Positions 30,001 through 45,592 of a stretch of DNA of 64,000 nt are shown here, one piece after another; position 1 is the stretch's first letter; each line of letters starts with the position of its first letter. The notes beneath the pieces are model-generated. The model did no database searches and was not told the DNA's origin. It saw nothing but the letters and a program-made list of their open reading frames with translations. The stretch comes from Nemertoderma westbladi (Eukaryota > Animalia > Xenacoelomorpha): the NCBI GenBank assembly GCA_032718475.1, contig JAUCBJ010009114.1, positions 54,352-118,351 on the forward strand, in the 5' to 3' direction. Made by a program: the position numbers and the translations under genes.

Positions 30001-33000
30001 ATACAAGAGGGGTTACAACTGATACAAGAGAGGATACAATTCATACAAGAGGGGTTACAACTGATACAAGAGAGGATACAATTCATACAAGAGTGGATAC
30101 AACTGATACAAGAGAGGATACAATTCATACAGGAGTGGATACAATTCATACAAGAGGGGATACAATTCATACAAGAGGGTATACAATTCATACAAGAGGG
30201 GATACAATTCATACAAGAGAGGATACAATTCATACAAGAGGCGGATACAATTCATACAAGAGTGGATACAATTCATACAAGAGGGGATACAATTCATACA
30301 AGAGGGGATACAACTGATACAAGAGAGGATACAATTCATACAAGAGGGGATACAACTGATACAAGAGAGGATACAATTCATACAAGAGAGGATACAATTC
30401 ATACAAGAGGGGATACAATTCATACAAGAGGGGATACAATTCATACAAGAGAGGATACAATTCATACAAGAGGGGATACAACTGATACAAGAGTGGATAC
30501 AATTCATACAAGAGGGGATACAATTCATACAGGAGAGGATACAATTCATACAAGAGGGGATACAACTGATACAAGAGAGGATACAATTCATACAAGAGAG
30601 GATACAATTCATACAAGAGAGGATACAATTCATACAAGAAGGGATACAATTCATACGAGAGGGGATACAATTCATACAAGAGGGGATACAACTGATACAA
30701 GAGAGGATACAATTCATACAAGAGAGGATACAACTGATACAAGAGGGGATACAATTCATACAAGAGGGGTTACAATTCATACAAGAGGGGATACAATTCA
30801 TACAAGAGGGGATACAATTCATACAAGAGAGGATACAATTCATACAAGAGGGGATACAACTGATACAAGAGAGGATACAATTCATACAAGAGAGGATACA
30901 ACTGATACAAGAGGGGATACAATTCATACAAGAGGGGTTACAATTCATACAAGAGTGGATACAATTCATACAAGAGGGGATACAATTCATACAGGAGAGG
31001 ATACAATTCATACAAGAGGGGATACAACTGATACAAGAGAGGATACAATTCATACAAGAGAGGATACAACTGATACAAGAGGGGATACAATTCATACAAG
31101 AGGGGTTACAATTCATACAAGAGGGGATACAACTGATACAAGAGAGGATACAATTCATACAAGAGGGGATACAATTCATACAAGAGTGGATACAACTGAT
31201 ACAAGAGAGGATACAATTCATACAAGAGGGGATACAACTGATACAAGAGAGGATACAATTCATACAAGAGGGGATACAATTCATACAAGAGAGGATACAA
31301 TTCATACAAGAGAGGATACAATTCATACAAGAGGGGATACAATTCATACAAGAGTGGATACAACTGATACAAGAGAGGATACAATTCATACAAGAGGGGA
31401 TACAACTGATACAAGAGAGGATACAATTCATACAAGAGGGGATACAACTGATACAAGAGAGGATACAATTCATACAAGAGCAGATACAATTCATACAAGA
31501 GAGGATACAATTCATACAAGAGGGGATACAATTCATACAAGAGGGGATACAATTCATACAAGAGGGGATACAATTCATACAAGAGGGGATACAATTCATA
31601 CAAGAGAGGATACAATTCATACAAGAGTGGATACAACTGATACAAGAGAGGATACAATTCATACAAGAGAGGATACAACTGATACAAGAGAGGATACAAT
31701 TCATACAAGAGTGGATACAACTGATACAAGAGAGGATACAATTCATACAAGAGGGGATACAATTCATACAAGAGGGGATACAATTCATACAAGAGGGGAT
31801 ACAATTCATACAAGAGGGGATACAATTCATACAAGAGAGGATACAATTCATACAAGAGGGGATACAACTGATACAAGAGTGGATACAATTCATACAAGAG
31901 GGGATACAACTGATACAAGAGAGGATACAATTCATACAAGAGGGGATACAACTGATACAAGAGAGGATACAATTCATACAAGAGAGGATACAATTCATAC
32001 AAGAGGGGATACAACTGATACAAGAGAGGATACAATTCATACAAGAGGGGATACAACTGATACAAGAGAGGATACAATTCATACAAGAGGGGATACAATT
32101 CATACAAGAGGGGATACAATTCATACAAGAGGGGATACAATTCATACAAGAGAGGATACAATTCATACAAGAGGGGATACAACTGATACAAGAGAGGATA
32201 CAATTCATACAAGAGGGGATACAATTCATACAAGAGAGGATACAATTCATACAAGAGGGGATACAACTGATACAAGAGAGGATACAATTCATACAAGAGG
32301 GGATACAATTCATACAAGAGGGGATACAATTCATACAAGAGGGGATACAATTCATACAAGAGGGGATACAATTCATACAAGAGGGGATACAACTGATACA
32401 AGAGAGGATACAATTCATACAAGAGGGGATACAATTCATACAAGAGAGGATACAATTCATACAAGAGGGGATACAATTCATACAAGAGGGGATACAATTC
32501 ATACAAGAGGGGATACAATTCATACAAGAGGGGATACAACTGATACAAGAGAGGATACAATTCATACAAGAGAGGATACAATTCATACAAGAGTGGATAC
32601 AACTGATACAAGAGAGGATACAATTCATACAAGAGGGGATACAACTGATACAAGAGAGGATACAATTCATACAAGAGGGGATACAATTCATACAAGAGGG
32701 GATACAATTCATACAAGAGGGGATACAATTCATACAAGAGAGGATACAATTCATACAAGAGGGGATACAACTGATACAAGAGAGGATACAATTCATACAA
32801 GAGGGGATACAATTCATACAAGAGAGGATACAATTCATACAAGAGGGGATACAATTCATACAAGAGGGGATACAATTCATACAAGAGGGGATACAATTCA
32901 TACAAGAGGGGATACAACTGATACAAGAGAGGATACAATTCATACAAGAGAGGATACAATTCATACAAGAGTGGATACAATTCATACAAGAGGGGATACA

Positions 33001-36000
33001 ACTGATACAAGAGAGGATACAATTCATACAAGAGAGGATACAATTCATACAAGAGAGGATACAATTCATACAAGAGGGGATACAATTCATACAAGAGGGG
33101 ATACAATTCATACAAGAGGGGATACAACTGATACAAGAGAGGATACAATTCATACAAGAGGGGATACAATTCATACAAGAGGGGATACAATTCATACAAG
33201 AGGGGATACAACTGATACAAGAGAGGATACAATTCATACAAGAGAGGATACAATTCATACAAGAGAGGATACAATTCATACAAGAGGGGATACAATTCAT
33301 ACAAGAGAGGATACAATTCATACAAGAGGGGATACAATTCATACAAGAGGGGATACAACTGATACAAGAGAGGATACAATTCATACAAGAGAGGATACAA
33401 TTCATACAAGAGGGATACAATTCATACAAGAGGGGATACAATTCATACAAGAGGGGATACAACTGATACAAGAGAGGATACAATTCATACAAGAGGGGAT
33501 ACAATTCATACAAGAGGGGATACAATTCATACAAGAGGGGATACAACTGATACAAGAGAGGATACAATTCATACAAGAGGGGATACAATTCATACAAGAG
33601 GGGATACAATTCATACAAGAGGGGATACAACTGATACAAGAGAGGATACAATTCATACAAGAGGGGATACAATTCATACAAGAGGGGATACAACTGATAC
33701 AAGAGAGGATACAATTCATACAAGAGAGGATACAATTCATACAAGAGGGGATACAATTCATACAAGAGGGGATACAACTGATACAAGAGAGGATACAATT
33801 CATACAAGAGAGGATACAATTCATACAAGAGAGGATACAATTCATACAAGAGGGGATACAATTCATACAAGAGGGGATACAACTGATACAAGAGAGGATA
33901 CAATTCATACAAGAGAGGATACAATTCATACAAGAGGGGATACAACTGATACAAGAGAGGATACAATTCATACAAGAGAGGATACAATTCATACAAGAGG
34001 GGATACAACTGATACAAGAGAGGATACAATTCATACAAGAGAGGATACAATTCATACAAGAGAGGATACAATTCATACAAGAGGGGATACAATTCATACA
34101 AGAGGGGATACAACTGATACAAGAGAGGATACAATTCATACAAGAGGGGATACAACTGATACAAGAGAGGATACAATTCATACAAGAGAGGATACAATTC
34201 ATACAAGAGAGGATACAATTCATACAAGAGGGGATACAATTCATACAAGAGGGGATACAACTGATACAAGAGAGGATACAATTCATACAAGAGGGGATAC
34301 AACTGATACAAGAGAGGATACAATTCATACAAGAGGGGATACAATTCATACAAGAGGGGATACAACTGATACAAGAGAGGATACAATTCATACAAGAGGG
34401 GATACAACTGATACAAGAGAGGATACAATTCATACAAGAGGGGATACAACTGATACAAGAGAGGATACAATTCATACAAGAGGGGATACAACTGATACAA
34501 GAGAGGATACAATTCATACAAGAGGGGATACAATTCATACAAGAGGGGATACAACTGATACAAGAGAGGATACAATTCATACAAGAGGGGATACAACTGA
34601 TACAAGAGAGGATACAATTCATACAAGAGGGGATACAATTCATACAAGAGGGGATACAACTGATACAAGAGAGGATACAATTCATACAAGAGGGGATACA
34701 ACTGATACAAGAGAGGATACAATTCATACAAGAGAGGATACAATTCATACAAGAGAGGATACAATTCATACAAGAGGGGATACAATTCATACAAGAGGGG
34801 ATACAACTGATACAAGAGAGGATACAATTCATACAAGAGGGGATACAACTGATACAAGAGAGGATACAATTCATACAAGAGGGGATACAATTCATACAAG
34901 AGGGGATACAACTGATACAAGAGAGGATACAATTCATACAAGAGGGGATACAACTGATACAAGAGAGGATACAATTCATACAAGAGGGGATACAACTGAT
35001 ACAAGAGAGGATACAATTCATACAAGAGGGGATACAATTCATACAAGAGGGGATACAACTGATACAAGAGAGGATACAATTCATACAAGAGGGGATACAA
35101 CTGATACAAGAGAGGATACAATTCATACAAGAGGGGATACAATTCATACAAGAGGGGATACAACTGATACAAGAGAGGATACAATTCATACAGGAGAGGA
35201 TACAATTCATACAAGAGAGGATACAATTCATACAAGAGGGGATACAATTCATACAAGAGTGGATACAATTCATACAAGAGTGGATACAATTCATACAAGA
35301 GGGATACAATTCATACAAGAGGGGATACAACTGATACAAGAGAGGATACAATTCATACAAGAGGGGATACAACTGATACAAGAGAGGATACAATTCATAC
35401 AAGAGGGGATACAATTCATACAAGAGGGGATACAACTGATACAAGAGAGGATACAATTCATACAGGAGAGGATACAACTGATACAAGAGAGGATACAATT
35501 CATACAAGAGGGGATACAATTCATACAAGAGGGGATACAACTGATACAAGAGAGGATACAATTCATACAGGAGAGGATACAATTCATACAAGAGAGGATA
35601 CAATTCATACAAGAGGGGATACAATTCATACAAGAGAGGATACAATTCATACAAGAGGGGATACAATTCATACAAGAGAGGATACAATTCATACAAGAGG
35701 GGATACAATTCATACAAGAGGGGATACAACTGATACAAGAGAGGATACAATTCATACAAGAGGGGATACAATTCATACAAGAGGGGATACAACTGATACA
35801 AGAGAGGATACAATTCATACAGGAGAGGATACAATTCATACAAGAGAGGATACAATTCATACAAGAGGGGATACAATTCATACAAGAGAGGATACAATTC
35901 ATACAAGAGGGGATACAATTCATACAAGAGAGGATACAATTCATACAAGAGGGGATACAATTCATACAAGAGGGGATACAACTGATACAAGAGAGGATAC

Positions 36001-39000
36001 AATTCATACAAGAGGGGATACAATTCATACAAGAGGGGATACAACTGATACAAGAGAGGATACAATTCATACAGGAGAGGATACAATTCATACAAGAGAG
36101 GATACAATTCATACAAGAGGGGATACAATTCATACAAGAGTGGATACAATTCATACAAGAGTGGATACAATTCATACAAGAGGGGTTACAACTGATACAA
36201 GAGAGGATACAATTCATACAAGAGGGGATACAACTGATACAAGAGAGGATACAATTCATACAAGAGGGGATACAATTCATACAAGAGGGGATACAACTGA
36301 TACAAGAGAGGATACAATTCATACAGGAGAGGATACAACTGATACAAGAGAGGATACAATTCATACAAGAGGGGATACAATTCATACAAGAGGGGATACA
36401 ACTGATACAAGAGAGGATACAATTCATACAGGAGAGGATACAATTCATACAAGAGAGGATACAATTCATACAAGAGGGGATACAATTCATACAAGAGTGG
36501 ATACAATTCATACAAGAGTGGATACAATTCATACAAGAGTGGATACAATTCATACAAGAGGGGATACAATTCATACAAGAGGGGATACAACTGATACAAG
36601 AGAGGATACAATTCATACAAGAGGGGATACAATTCATACAAGAGGGGATACAACTGATACAAGAGAGGATACAATTCATACAGGAGAGGATACAATTCAT
36701 ACAAGAGAGGATACAATTCATACAAGAGGGGATACAATTCATACAAGAGGGGATACAACTGATACAAGAGAGGATACAATTCATACAAGAGAGGATACAA
36801 TTCATACAAGAGGGGATACAACTGATACAAGAGAGGATACAATTCATACAAGAGAGGATACAATTCATACAAGAGGGGATACAACTGATACAAGAGAGGA
36901 TACAACTGATACAAGAGGGGATACAATTCATACAAGAGGGGATACAACTGATACAAGAGAGGATACAATTCATACAAGAGAGGATACAATTCATACAAGA
37001 GTGGATACAATTCATACAAGAGGGGATACAACTGATACAAGAGAGGATACAATTCATACAAGAGAGGATACAATTCATACAAGAGAGGATACAATTCATA
37101 CAAGAGGGGATACAATTCATACAAGAGTGGATACAATTCATACAAGAGGGGATACAACTGATACAAGAGAGGATACAATTCATACAAGAGAGGATACAAT
37201 TCATACAGGAGAGGATACAATTCATACAAGAGAGGATACAATTCATACAGGAGAGGATACAATTCATACAAGAGAGGATACAATTCATACAAGAGAGGAT
37301 ACAATTCATACAAGAGAGGATACAATTCATACAAGAGGGGATACAATTCATACAAGAGGGGATACAACTGATACAAGAGAGGATACAATTCATACAAGAG
37401 AGGATACAATTCATACAAGAGTGGATACAATTCATACAAGAGGGGATACAACTGATACAAGAGAGGATACAATTCATACAAGAGAGGATACAATTCATAC
37501 AAGAGTGGATACAATTCATACAAGAGGGGATACAACTGATACAAGAGAGGATACAATTCATACAAGAGAGGATACAATTCATACAAGAGAGGATACAATT
37601 CATACAAGAGGGGATACAATTCATACAAGAGTGGATACAATTCATACAAGAGGGGATACAACTGATACAAGAGAGGATACAATTCATACAAGAGAGGATA
37701 CAATTCATACAGGAGAGGATACAATTCATACAAGAGAGGATACAATTCATACAGGAGAGGATACAATTCATACAAGAGAGGATACAATTCATACAAGAGA
37801 GGATACAATTCATACAAGATGGGATACAATTCATACAAGAGGGGATACAATTCATACAAGAGGGGATACAATTCATACAAGAGGGGATACAATTCATACA
37901 AGAGAGGATACAATTCATACAAGAGAGGATACAATTCATACAAGAGGGGATACAATTCATACAAGAGTGGATACAATTCATACAAGAGGGGATACAACTG
38001 ATACAAGAGAGGATACAATTCATACAAGAGAGGATACAATTCATACAGGAGAGGATACAATTCATACAAGAGGGGATACAATTCATACAAGAGGGGATAC
38101 AATTCATACAAGAGTGGATACAATTCATACAAGAGGGGATACAACTGATACAAGAGAGGATACAATTCATACAAGAGAGGATACAATTCATACAAGAGAG
38201 GATACAATTCATACAAGAGGGGATACAATTCATACAAGAGTGGATACAATTCATACAAGAGGGGATACAACTGATACAAGAGAGGATACAATTCATACAA
38301 GAGAGGATACAATTCATACAGGAGAGGATACAATTCATACAAGAGAGGATACAATTCATACAAGAGGGGATACAATTCATACAAGAGGGGATACAATTCA
38401 TACAAGAGTGGATACAATTCATACAAGAGGGGATACAATTCATACAAGAGAGGATACAATTCATACAAGAGGGGATACAACTGATACAAGAGAGGATACA
38501 ATTCATACAAGAGAGGATACAATTCATACAGGAGAGGATACAATTCATACAAGAGAGGATACAATTCATACAAGAGGGGATACAATTCATACAAGAGTGG
38601 ATACAATTCATACAAGAGAGGATACAATTCATACAGGAGAGGATACAATTCATACAAGAGAGGATACAATTCATACAGGAGAGGATACAATTCATACACG
38701 AGAGGATACAATTCATACAAGAGGAGATACAATTCATACAAGAGGGGATACAATTCATACAAGAGGGGATACAATTCATACAAGAGGGGATACAATTCAT
38801 ACAAGAGGGGATACAATTCATACAAGAGGGGATACAATTCATACAAGAGGAGATACAATTCATACAAGAGAGGATACAATTCATACAAGAGGGGATACAA
38901 CTGATACAAGAGAGGATACAATTCATACACGAGAGGATACAATTCATACAAGAGAGGATACAATTCATACAGGAGAGGATACAATTCATACAAGAGAGGA

Positions 39001-42000
39001 TACAATTCATACAAGAGGGGATACAATTCATACAAGAGGGGATACAATTCATACAAGAGTGGATACAATTCATACAAGAGGGGATACAATTCATACAAGA
39101 GAGGATACAATTCATACAAGAGGGGATACAATTCATACAAGAGTGGATACAATTCATACAAGAGAGGATACAATTCATACAAGAGAGGATACAATTCATA
39201 CAGGAGAGGATACAATTCATACAAGAGAGGATACAATTCATACAAGAGTGGATACAATTCATACAAGAGGGGATACAATTCATACAGGAGAGGATACAAT
39301 TCATACAAGAGAGGATACAATTCATACAGGAGAGGATACAATTCATACAAGAGAGGATACAATTCATACAAGAGTGGATACAATTCATACAAGAGGGGAT
39401 ACAACTGATACAAGAGAGGATACAATTCATACAGGAGAGGATACAATTCATACAAGAGAGGATACAATTCATACAGGAGAGGATACAATTCATACAAGAG
39501 AGGATACAATTCATACAAGAGTGGATACAATTCATACAAGAGGGGATACAACTGATACAAGAGAGGATACAATTCATACAAGAGAGGATACAATTCATAC
39601 AAGAGAGGATACAATTCATACAAGAGGGGATACAATTCATACAAGAGTGGATACAATTCATACAAGAGGGGATACAACTGATACAAGAGAGGATACAATT
39701 CATACAAGAGAGGATACAATTCATACAGGAGAGGATACAATTCATACACGAGAGGATACAATTCATACAAGAGAGGATACAATTCATACAGGAGAGGATA
39801 CAATTCATACAAGAGAGGATACAATTCATACAAGAGGGGATACAATTCATACAAGAGGGGATACAATTCATACAAGAGTGGATACAATTCATACAAGAGG
39901 GGATACAATTCATACAAGAGAGGATACAATTCATACAAGAGGGGATACAATTCATACAAGAGGGGATACAATTCATACAAGAGGGGATACAATTCATACA
40001 AGAGGAGATACAATTCATACAAGAGAGGATACAATTCATACAAGAGGGGATACAACTGATACAAGAGAGGATACAATTCATACAAGAGAGGATACAATTC
40101 ATACAAGAGAGGATACAATTCATACAAGAGGGGATACAATTCATACAAGAGTGGATACAATTCATACAAGAGGGGATACAACTGATACAAGAGAGGATAC
40201 AATTCATACAAGAGAGGATACAATTCATACAGGAGAGGATACAATTCATACAAGAGAGGATACAATTCATACAAGAGGGGATACAATTCATACAAGAGGG
40301 GATACAATTCATACAAGAGTGGATACAATTCATACAAGAGGGGATACAATTCATACAAGAGAGGATACAATTCATACAAGAGGGGATACAATTCATACAG
40401 GAGAGGATACAATTCATACAAGAGAGGATACAATTCATACAGGAGAGGATACAATTCATACAAGAGAGGATACAATTCATACAAGAGGGGATACAATTCA
40501 TACAAGAGTGGATACAATTCATACAAGAGAGGATACAATTCATACAGGAGAGGATACAATTCATACAAGAGAGGATACAATTCATACAGGAGAGGATACA
40601 ATTCATACACGAGAGGATACAATTCATACAAGAGGAGATACAATTCATACAAGAGGGGATACAATTCATACAAGAGGGGATACAATTCATACAAGAGGGG
40701 ATACAATTCATACAAGAGGGGATACAATTCATACAAGAGGGGATACAATTCATACAAGAGGAGATACAATTCATACAAGAGAGGATACAATTCATACAAG
40801 AGGGGATACAATTCATACAAGAGAGGATACAATTCATACAAGAGAGGATACAATTCATACACGAGAGGATACAATTCATACAAGAGGAGATACAATTCAT
40901 ACAAGAGAGGATACAATTCATACAAGAGGGGATACAATTCATACAAGAGGAGATACAATTCATACAAGAGGGGATACAATTCATACAAGAGGGGATACAA
41001 TTCATACAAGAGGGGATACAATACATACAAGAGTGGATACAATTCATACAAGAGGGGATACAACTGATACAAGAGAGGATACAATTCATACAAGAGAGGA
41101 TACAATTCATACAGGAGAGGATACAATTCATACAAGATGGGATACAATTCATACAAGAGGGGATACAATTCATACAAGAGGGGATACAACTGATACAAGA
41201 GTGGATACAATTCATACAAGGGGGATACAACTGATACAAGAGTGGATACAATTCATACAAGAGGAGATACAATTCATACAAGAGGAGATACAATTCATAC
41301 AAGAGAGGATACAATTCATACAAGAGAGGATACAATTCATACAAGAGGGGATACAATTCATACAAGAGAGGATACAATTCATACAAGAGAGGATACAATT
41401 CATACACGAGAGGATACAATTCATACAAGAGAGGATACAATTCATACAAGAGAGGATACAATTCATACACGAGAGGATACAATTCATACAAGAGAGGATA
41501 CAATTCATACAAGAGGGGATACAATTCATACAAGAGAGGATACAATTCATACAAGAGAGGATACAATTCATACACGAGAGGATACAATTCATACAAGAGG
41601 AGATACAATTCATACAAGAGGGGATACAATTCATACAAGAGGGGATACAATTCATACAAGAGGGGATACAACTGATACAAGAGAGGATACAATTCATACA
41701 AGAGGGGATACAATTCATACAAGATGGGATACAATTCATACAAGAGTGGATACAATTCATACAAGAGGGGATACAATTCATACACGAGAGGATACAATTC
41801 ATACAAGAGGAGATACAATTCATACAAGAGTGGATACAATTCATACAAGAGTGGATACAATTCATACAGGAGGGGATACAATTCATACAAGAGAGGATAC
41901 AATTCATACAAGAGGGGATACAATTCATACAAGAGAGGATACAATTCATACACGAGAGGATACAATTCATACAAGAGGAGATACAATTCATACAAGAGGG

Positions 42001-42646
42001 GATACAATTCATACAAGAGGGGATACAACTGATACAAGAGAGGATACAATTCATACAAGAGGGGATACAATTCATACAAGAGGGGATACAATTCATACAA
42101 GATGGGATACAATTCATACAAGAGGGGATACAATTCATACAAGAGTGGATACAATTCATACAAGAGGGGATACAACTGATACAAGAGAGGATACAATTCA
42201 TACAAGAGAGGATACAATTCATACAAGAGTGGATACAATTCATACAAGAGGGGATACAACTGATACAAGAGAGGATACAATTCATACAAGAGGGGATACA
42301 ATTCATACAAGAGTGGATACAATTCATACAAGAGGGGATACAACTGATACAAGAGAGGATACAATTCATACAAGAGAGGATACAATTCATACAAGAGGGG
42401 ATACAATTCATACAAGAGGGGATACAATTCATACAAGAGGGGATACAATTCATACAAGATGGGATACAATTCATACAAGAGGGGATACAATTCATACAAG
42501 AGGGGATACAATTCATACAAGAGAGGATACAATTCATACAAGAGGGGATACAATTCATACAAGAGGGGATACAATTCATACAAGATGGGATACAATTGAT
42601 ACAAGAGGGGATACAATTCATACAAGAGGGGATACAATTCATACGA
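1..42646. repeat. 21-bp tandem satellite, consensus GATACAATTCATACAAGAG(A/G/T)G with common variant G(T/A)TACAACTGATACAAGAGAG; about 2,030 units; truncated by the window start
   Basis: Uninterrupted head-to-tail units from base 1 to an abrupt junction at ...GATACAATTCATACGA|GTCGTTAAGG (~42646). Occasional 22-bp units (GAGGCGG, GATGGGG) and 20-bp units. Confidence 0.99.
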
Positions 42647-42900
42647 GTCGTTAAGGTTACAGATAAATTACTGGCATCAATAATAGTAACGTATGTGCCA
42701 AGATAAAAGAATAAACATATTTATATCCCTTTGCCTTTATTGGCTCTGTATTATCTTCTATTCATATATAGTATAAAGTAAACCCTTCCTAGACGAGGGA
42801 ATTCAACAAAGAAACTACACACTCATATAAACCACATGCCGTACTGAGCCGCATATTAGTAGTATATAACTATTTATTACAAGAGAAAAAAACGTAGAAC

Positions 42901-42984
42901 ATTATTTTTCAATATTCTCCCGACCCTTTATTACCTCGCTCGCGCTCGGTACATAAAATTATTCGAGAATAGTGAAAAAGTAAT
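42901..42984. repeat. Short imperfect hairpin, possible MITE remnant
   Basis: ATTATTTTTCAATATTCTC (42901-42919) is nearly the reverse complement of GAGAATAGTGAAAAAGTAAT (42965-42984), around a GC-rich CTCGCTCGCGCTCGG centre. Confidence 0.5.
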
Positions 42985-44276
42985 ACTTTTATTTCCATAT
43001 AATAAATAATTATATTTGTATCTGTATTATATTAATTAAATACATGTCAATAAACTTTGCTATAGAACCAGCTGCATGAGCAACTCACGAACTACATGCT
43101 GATCACACATCTAAAAAAGTATAATCTCTACAATACAAACAATTTTATTTGGATATTAAAATACTGAATCGAATCAGTTCCACAGAACGATTTATTTTGG
43201 AGATACTTCATTAAACACAATTGATATTCCCTGTAGCTGGTCAGTGTGCTGCAGCTGTGTCTTAATGAACTGTAGAAATAATAACTCTTATCTCGATGAT
43301 GTATACCAAAAGATAACGACGTAGGACTATATTGATTTTAATAATATATAATATTTTATTTCACTTCACATCCGCTCTGACCCTTTTGATATTGCATATA
43401 TTGCATCTCATTTTAAATATGATACACATATTTTTATGATCATATGACATCAAGTCTGACCCTTTAACTTTTTCGCTTAATCTCATAATTAACATGGCGT
43501 TTTTAATGGAACTTTTTTTTATCTAATATATTTTTAAGACCAATATTAAAATACAGTAATAATTTTAATTCGGTGTATTTTAATGTACTTTAGTTAATTA
43601 TTGACTCTTGAATATTGATTATTTTATTAATAAATCTCACATTTTAAACTACGTATGTTTTTTTTATGGGGGAAAACCCGTCATCACAATACTATAGTTA
43701 AGTTGTCAGCATATACCTTCTTTGTTCTACGTAATTTATAATAATAATAAGCAATTTTATTTGAATTTGTAATTTGAATTGAATTTATTTGGATTTGTTA
43801 TTTAGAATGAATTGTTATTGATAAATATAACATGGTTATCGAAGTATTAGAGGATTTTATTTGAATATTAAAATACTGAATTTACATACCAGCTGCCGTC
43901 ACTTACACCCATAAATCTAGCCTGTGGTAGAGCTCATGAATCCTTCATTCTCGGTTTGGTGCTCGGTCAAGGCAACCTGGCTCTTATGAGAAGCTCTACG
44001 AGATTGTGTTCTTAGATTATATCAATCGACTTTGTTAAGAGCTGCAATGTCCGCCTATCTCTATGGTGTTGCGCAACTTGAGGATTTTATGTATATTAGA
44101 TCACCTGTAACTCTTAAAGCTCTGGTTAAATACTCTATATGAACCAAATTTGAAGCGATACACATATGATTAATTATTTTAGTTATCGATGCTTATCGCT
44201 ATTTTTACAGTATGTCTATTTCATTAGTTTGTGCATCCATTTCAGCATGCAAAAATATGCTTTTTATTAAAGAATT

Positions 44277-44295
44277 ATATATATATATATATATA
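44277..44295. repeat. (AT)n microsatellite just upstream of the MFS start codon
   Basis: TATATATA... run visible directly. Confidence 0.85.
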
Positions 44296-44308
44296 CATGA
44301 CATAAACG

Positions 44309-45592
44309 ATGTTTGATGAAACCAATTCTCTTATCGAAACTCAACCAAACCGATTACAAGGTTGGAGACTTAAATTGATGGTGACTTTATTGTTGATCAT
44401 CCAATTACTACCGGGGTGGACCATGAACCTACTTGAAACATTCTTTCCTATCGTTGTGGATAAGCGCGGTTGGTCTAAGACCCTCACCGGTTCATTGTTT
44501 ACTATATATCCCCTCGTCCAGGTTATTGTTTACATTGTTTTCCCGCATTCCATCAACAACTGGGGAACACGAATATCTTTAGGAATGTTCGGAGTTGTTG
44601 GAACTTTAGCACAACTTCTCTTCGGATTCGTGGAATACATTCCTAACTACGGAGCGCATATATTCACCTGTTTCGTATTGCGAGTTCTCGAAGGGATTGG
44701 ACTCAACATTTGTTTCACGTATTCCTACAATTTATTGATGGAATTGATGCCAGACCACCGAAGTTTCTTAGCGGGTTTATCTCTTGTAATAGATTCGTTG
44801 GGTTTAACTATCGCGCCGGTTTTCGGATCTGTTATTTATGCTTCTTTGGGATTTGAGTTTCCTTTTATAATTTCTGGTTCTCTGTATCTACTTGTTGTGC
44901 TGTACTGTTGGTATGCGGCGCCACCTTATCTTTACGACAGGCCTGAAACGAATGAGGAAAGAACGACATATTTGGGATTGCTGAAGAATCCTGGTATAAC
45001 AGTTATTTATGTATTGCACCTGTACATTGCACTGCTGATGTACTTTCAACAAGTCAACTATGCTGCTTATCTGAACTCCTACTATCACGTAACGCTATAT
45101 TATATTGGTCTAGCATTTACGGCATACCCTTTGTTCCATGCTTCTCTCTGTTTCATAATGACTGTTTTGATGGACAACTTCAAATTCAAGGTAATTTTCC
45201 CAGCTACAATAGGTGTTACAATAACGTTGGTGGCAACGCTACTAATAGGCCCAACCGAGGCACTCGGCTTCCCTTACTCACTACCCCTTTCTCTCGGTGC
45301 AACGGCACTTCTGGGACTTGGTGGAGGTATGTTCGAAACACCTGCCTTCGAAACGCAAACTCGGTTGGCAGTGAGAGTCTGTGGTTACCCCGACAACATT
45401 GATACCAGAGCCGTTCTCCAGCAAGCTCTTAGGATCTCATTCTCAGTTGGTTATTTAATGGGCGCGTTGTTTGGCGGTATACTAAACGACTACTTTGGGT
45501 TCCAAGTAGCCGCGGCGTTGTTTGCTCTAGTAGGATTGCCTTTGTTTTTGATTTTATTGTGTTTATTTTTTTGTGGTTATGTTGTTCAGTAA
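44309..45592 (+). CDS. Major facilitator superfamily transporter, SLC18B1-like; intronless CDS, 427 aa
   Basis: Complete ATG-TAA ORF with about 12 hydrophobic segments. Motifs RVLEGIG, APVFGSVIYASLGFEFPF, LIGP and GYPDNIDT...FSVGYLMGALFGGILNDYFGF resemble recalled SLC18B1-family sequences. Confidence 0.88.
   Translation: MFDETNSLIETQPNRLQGWRLKLMVTLLLIIQLLPGWTMNLLETFFPIVVDKRGWSKTLTGSLFTIYPLVQVIVYIVFPHSINNWGTRISLGMFGVVGTLAQLLFGFVEYIPNYGAHIFTCFVLRVLEGIGLNICFTYSYNLLMELMPDHRSFLAGLSLVIDSLGLTIAPVFGSVIYASLGFEFPFIISGSLYLLVVLYCWYAAPPYLYDRPETNEERTTYLGLLKNPGITVIYVLHLYIALLMYFQQVNYAAYLNSYYHVTLYYIGLAFTAYPLFHASLCFIMTVLMDNFKFKVIFPATIGVTITLVATLLIGPTEALGFPYSLPLSLGATALLGLGGGMFETPAFETQTRLAVRVCGYPDNIDTRAVLQQALRISFSVGYLMGALFGGILNDYFGFQVAAALFALVGLPLFLILLCLFFCGYVVQ

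Noticed and set aside
326-42706. Giant ORFs (up to 5632 aa) as real genes
   Set aside because: They are open on both strands and in several frames, consist only of repeat, have no unique N- or C-terminal domain, and switch frame at 1-bp indels.
42600-42720. 21-bp satellite also derived from a splice junction (minus-strand GTATGA)
   Set aside because: No convincing exon adjoins the junction; only a 26-nt candidate with no phase support.
43143-43881. 27-bp direct repeat (43143-43169 and 43855-43881)
   Set aside because: Very AT-rich, with no element structure between the copies.
43880-44050. Further minus-strand exon near GTAAGT/GTATGT donor-like sites
   Set aside because: All three frames contain stops, and none joins in phase to the 47052 donor.
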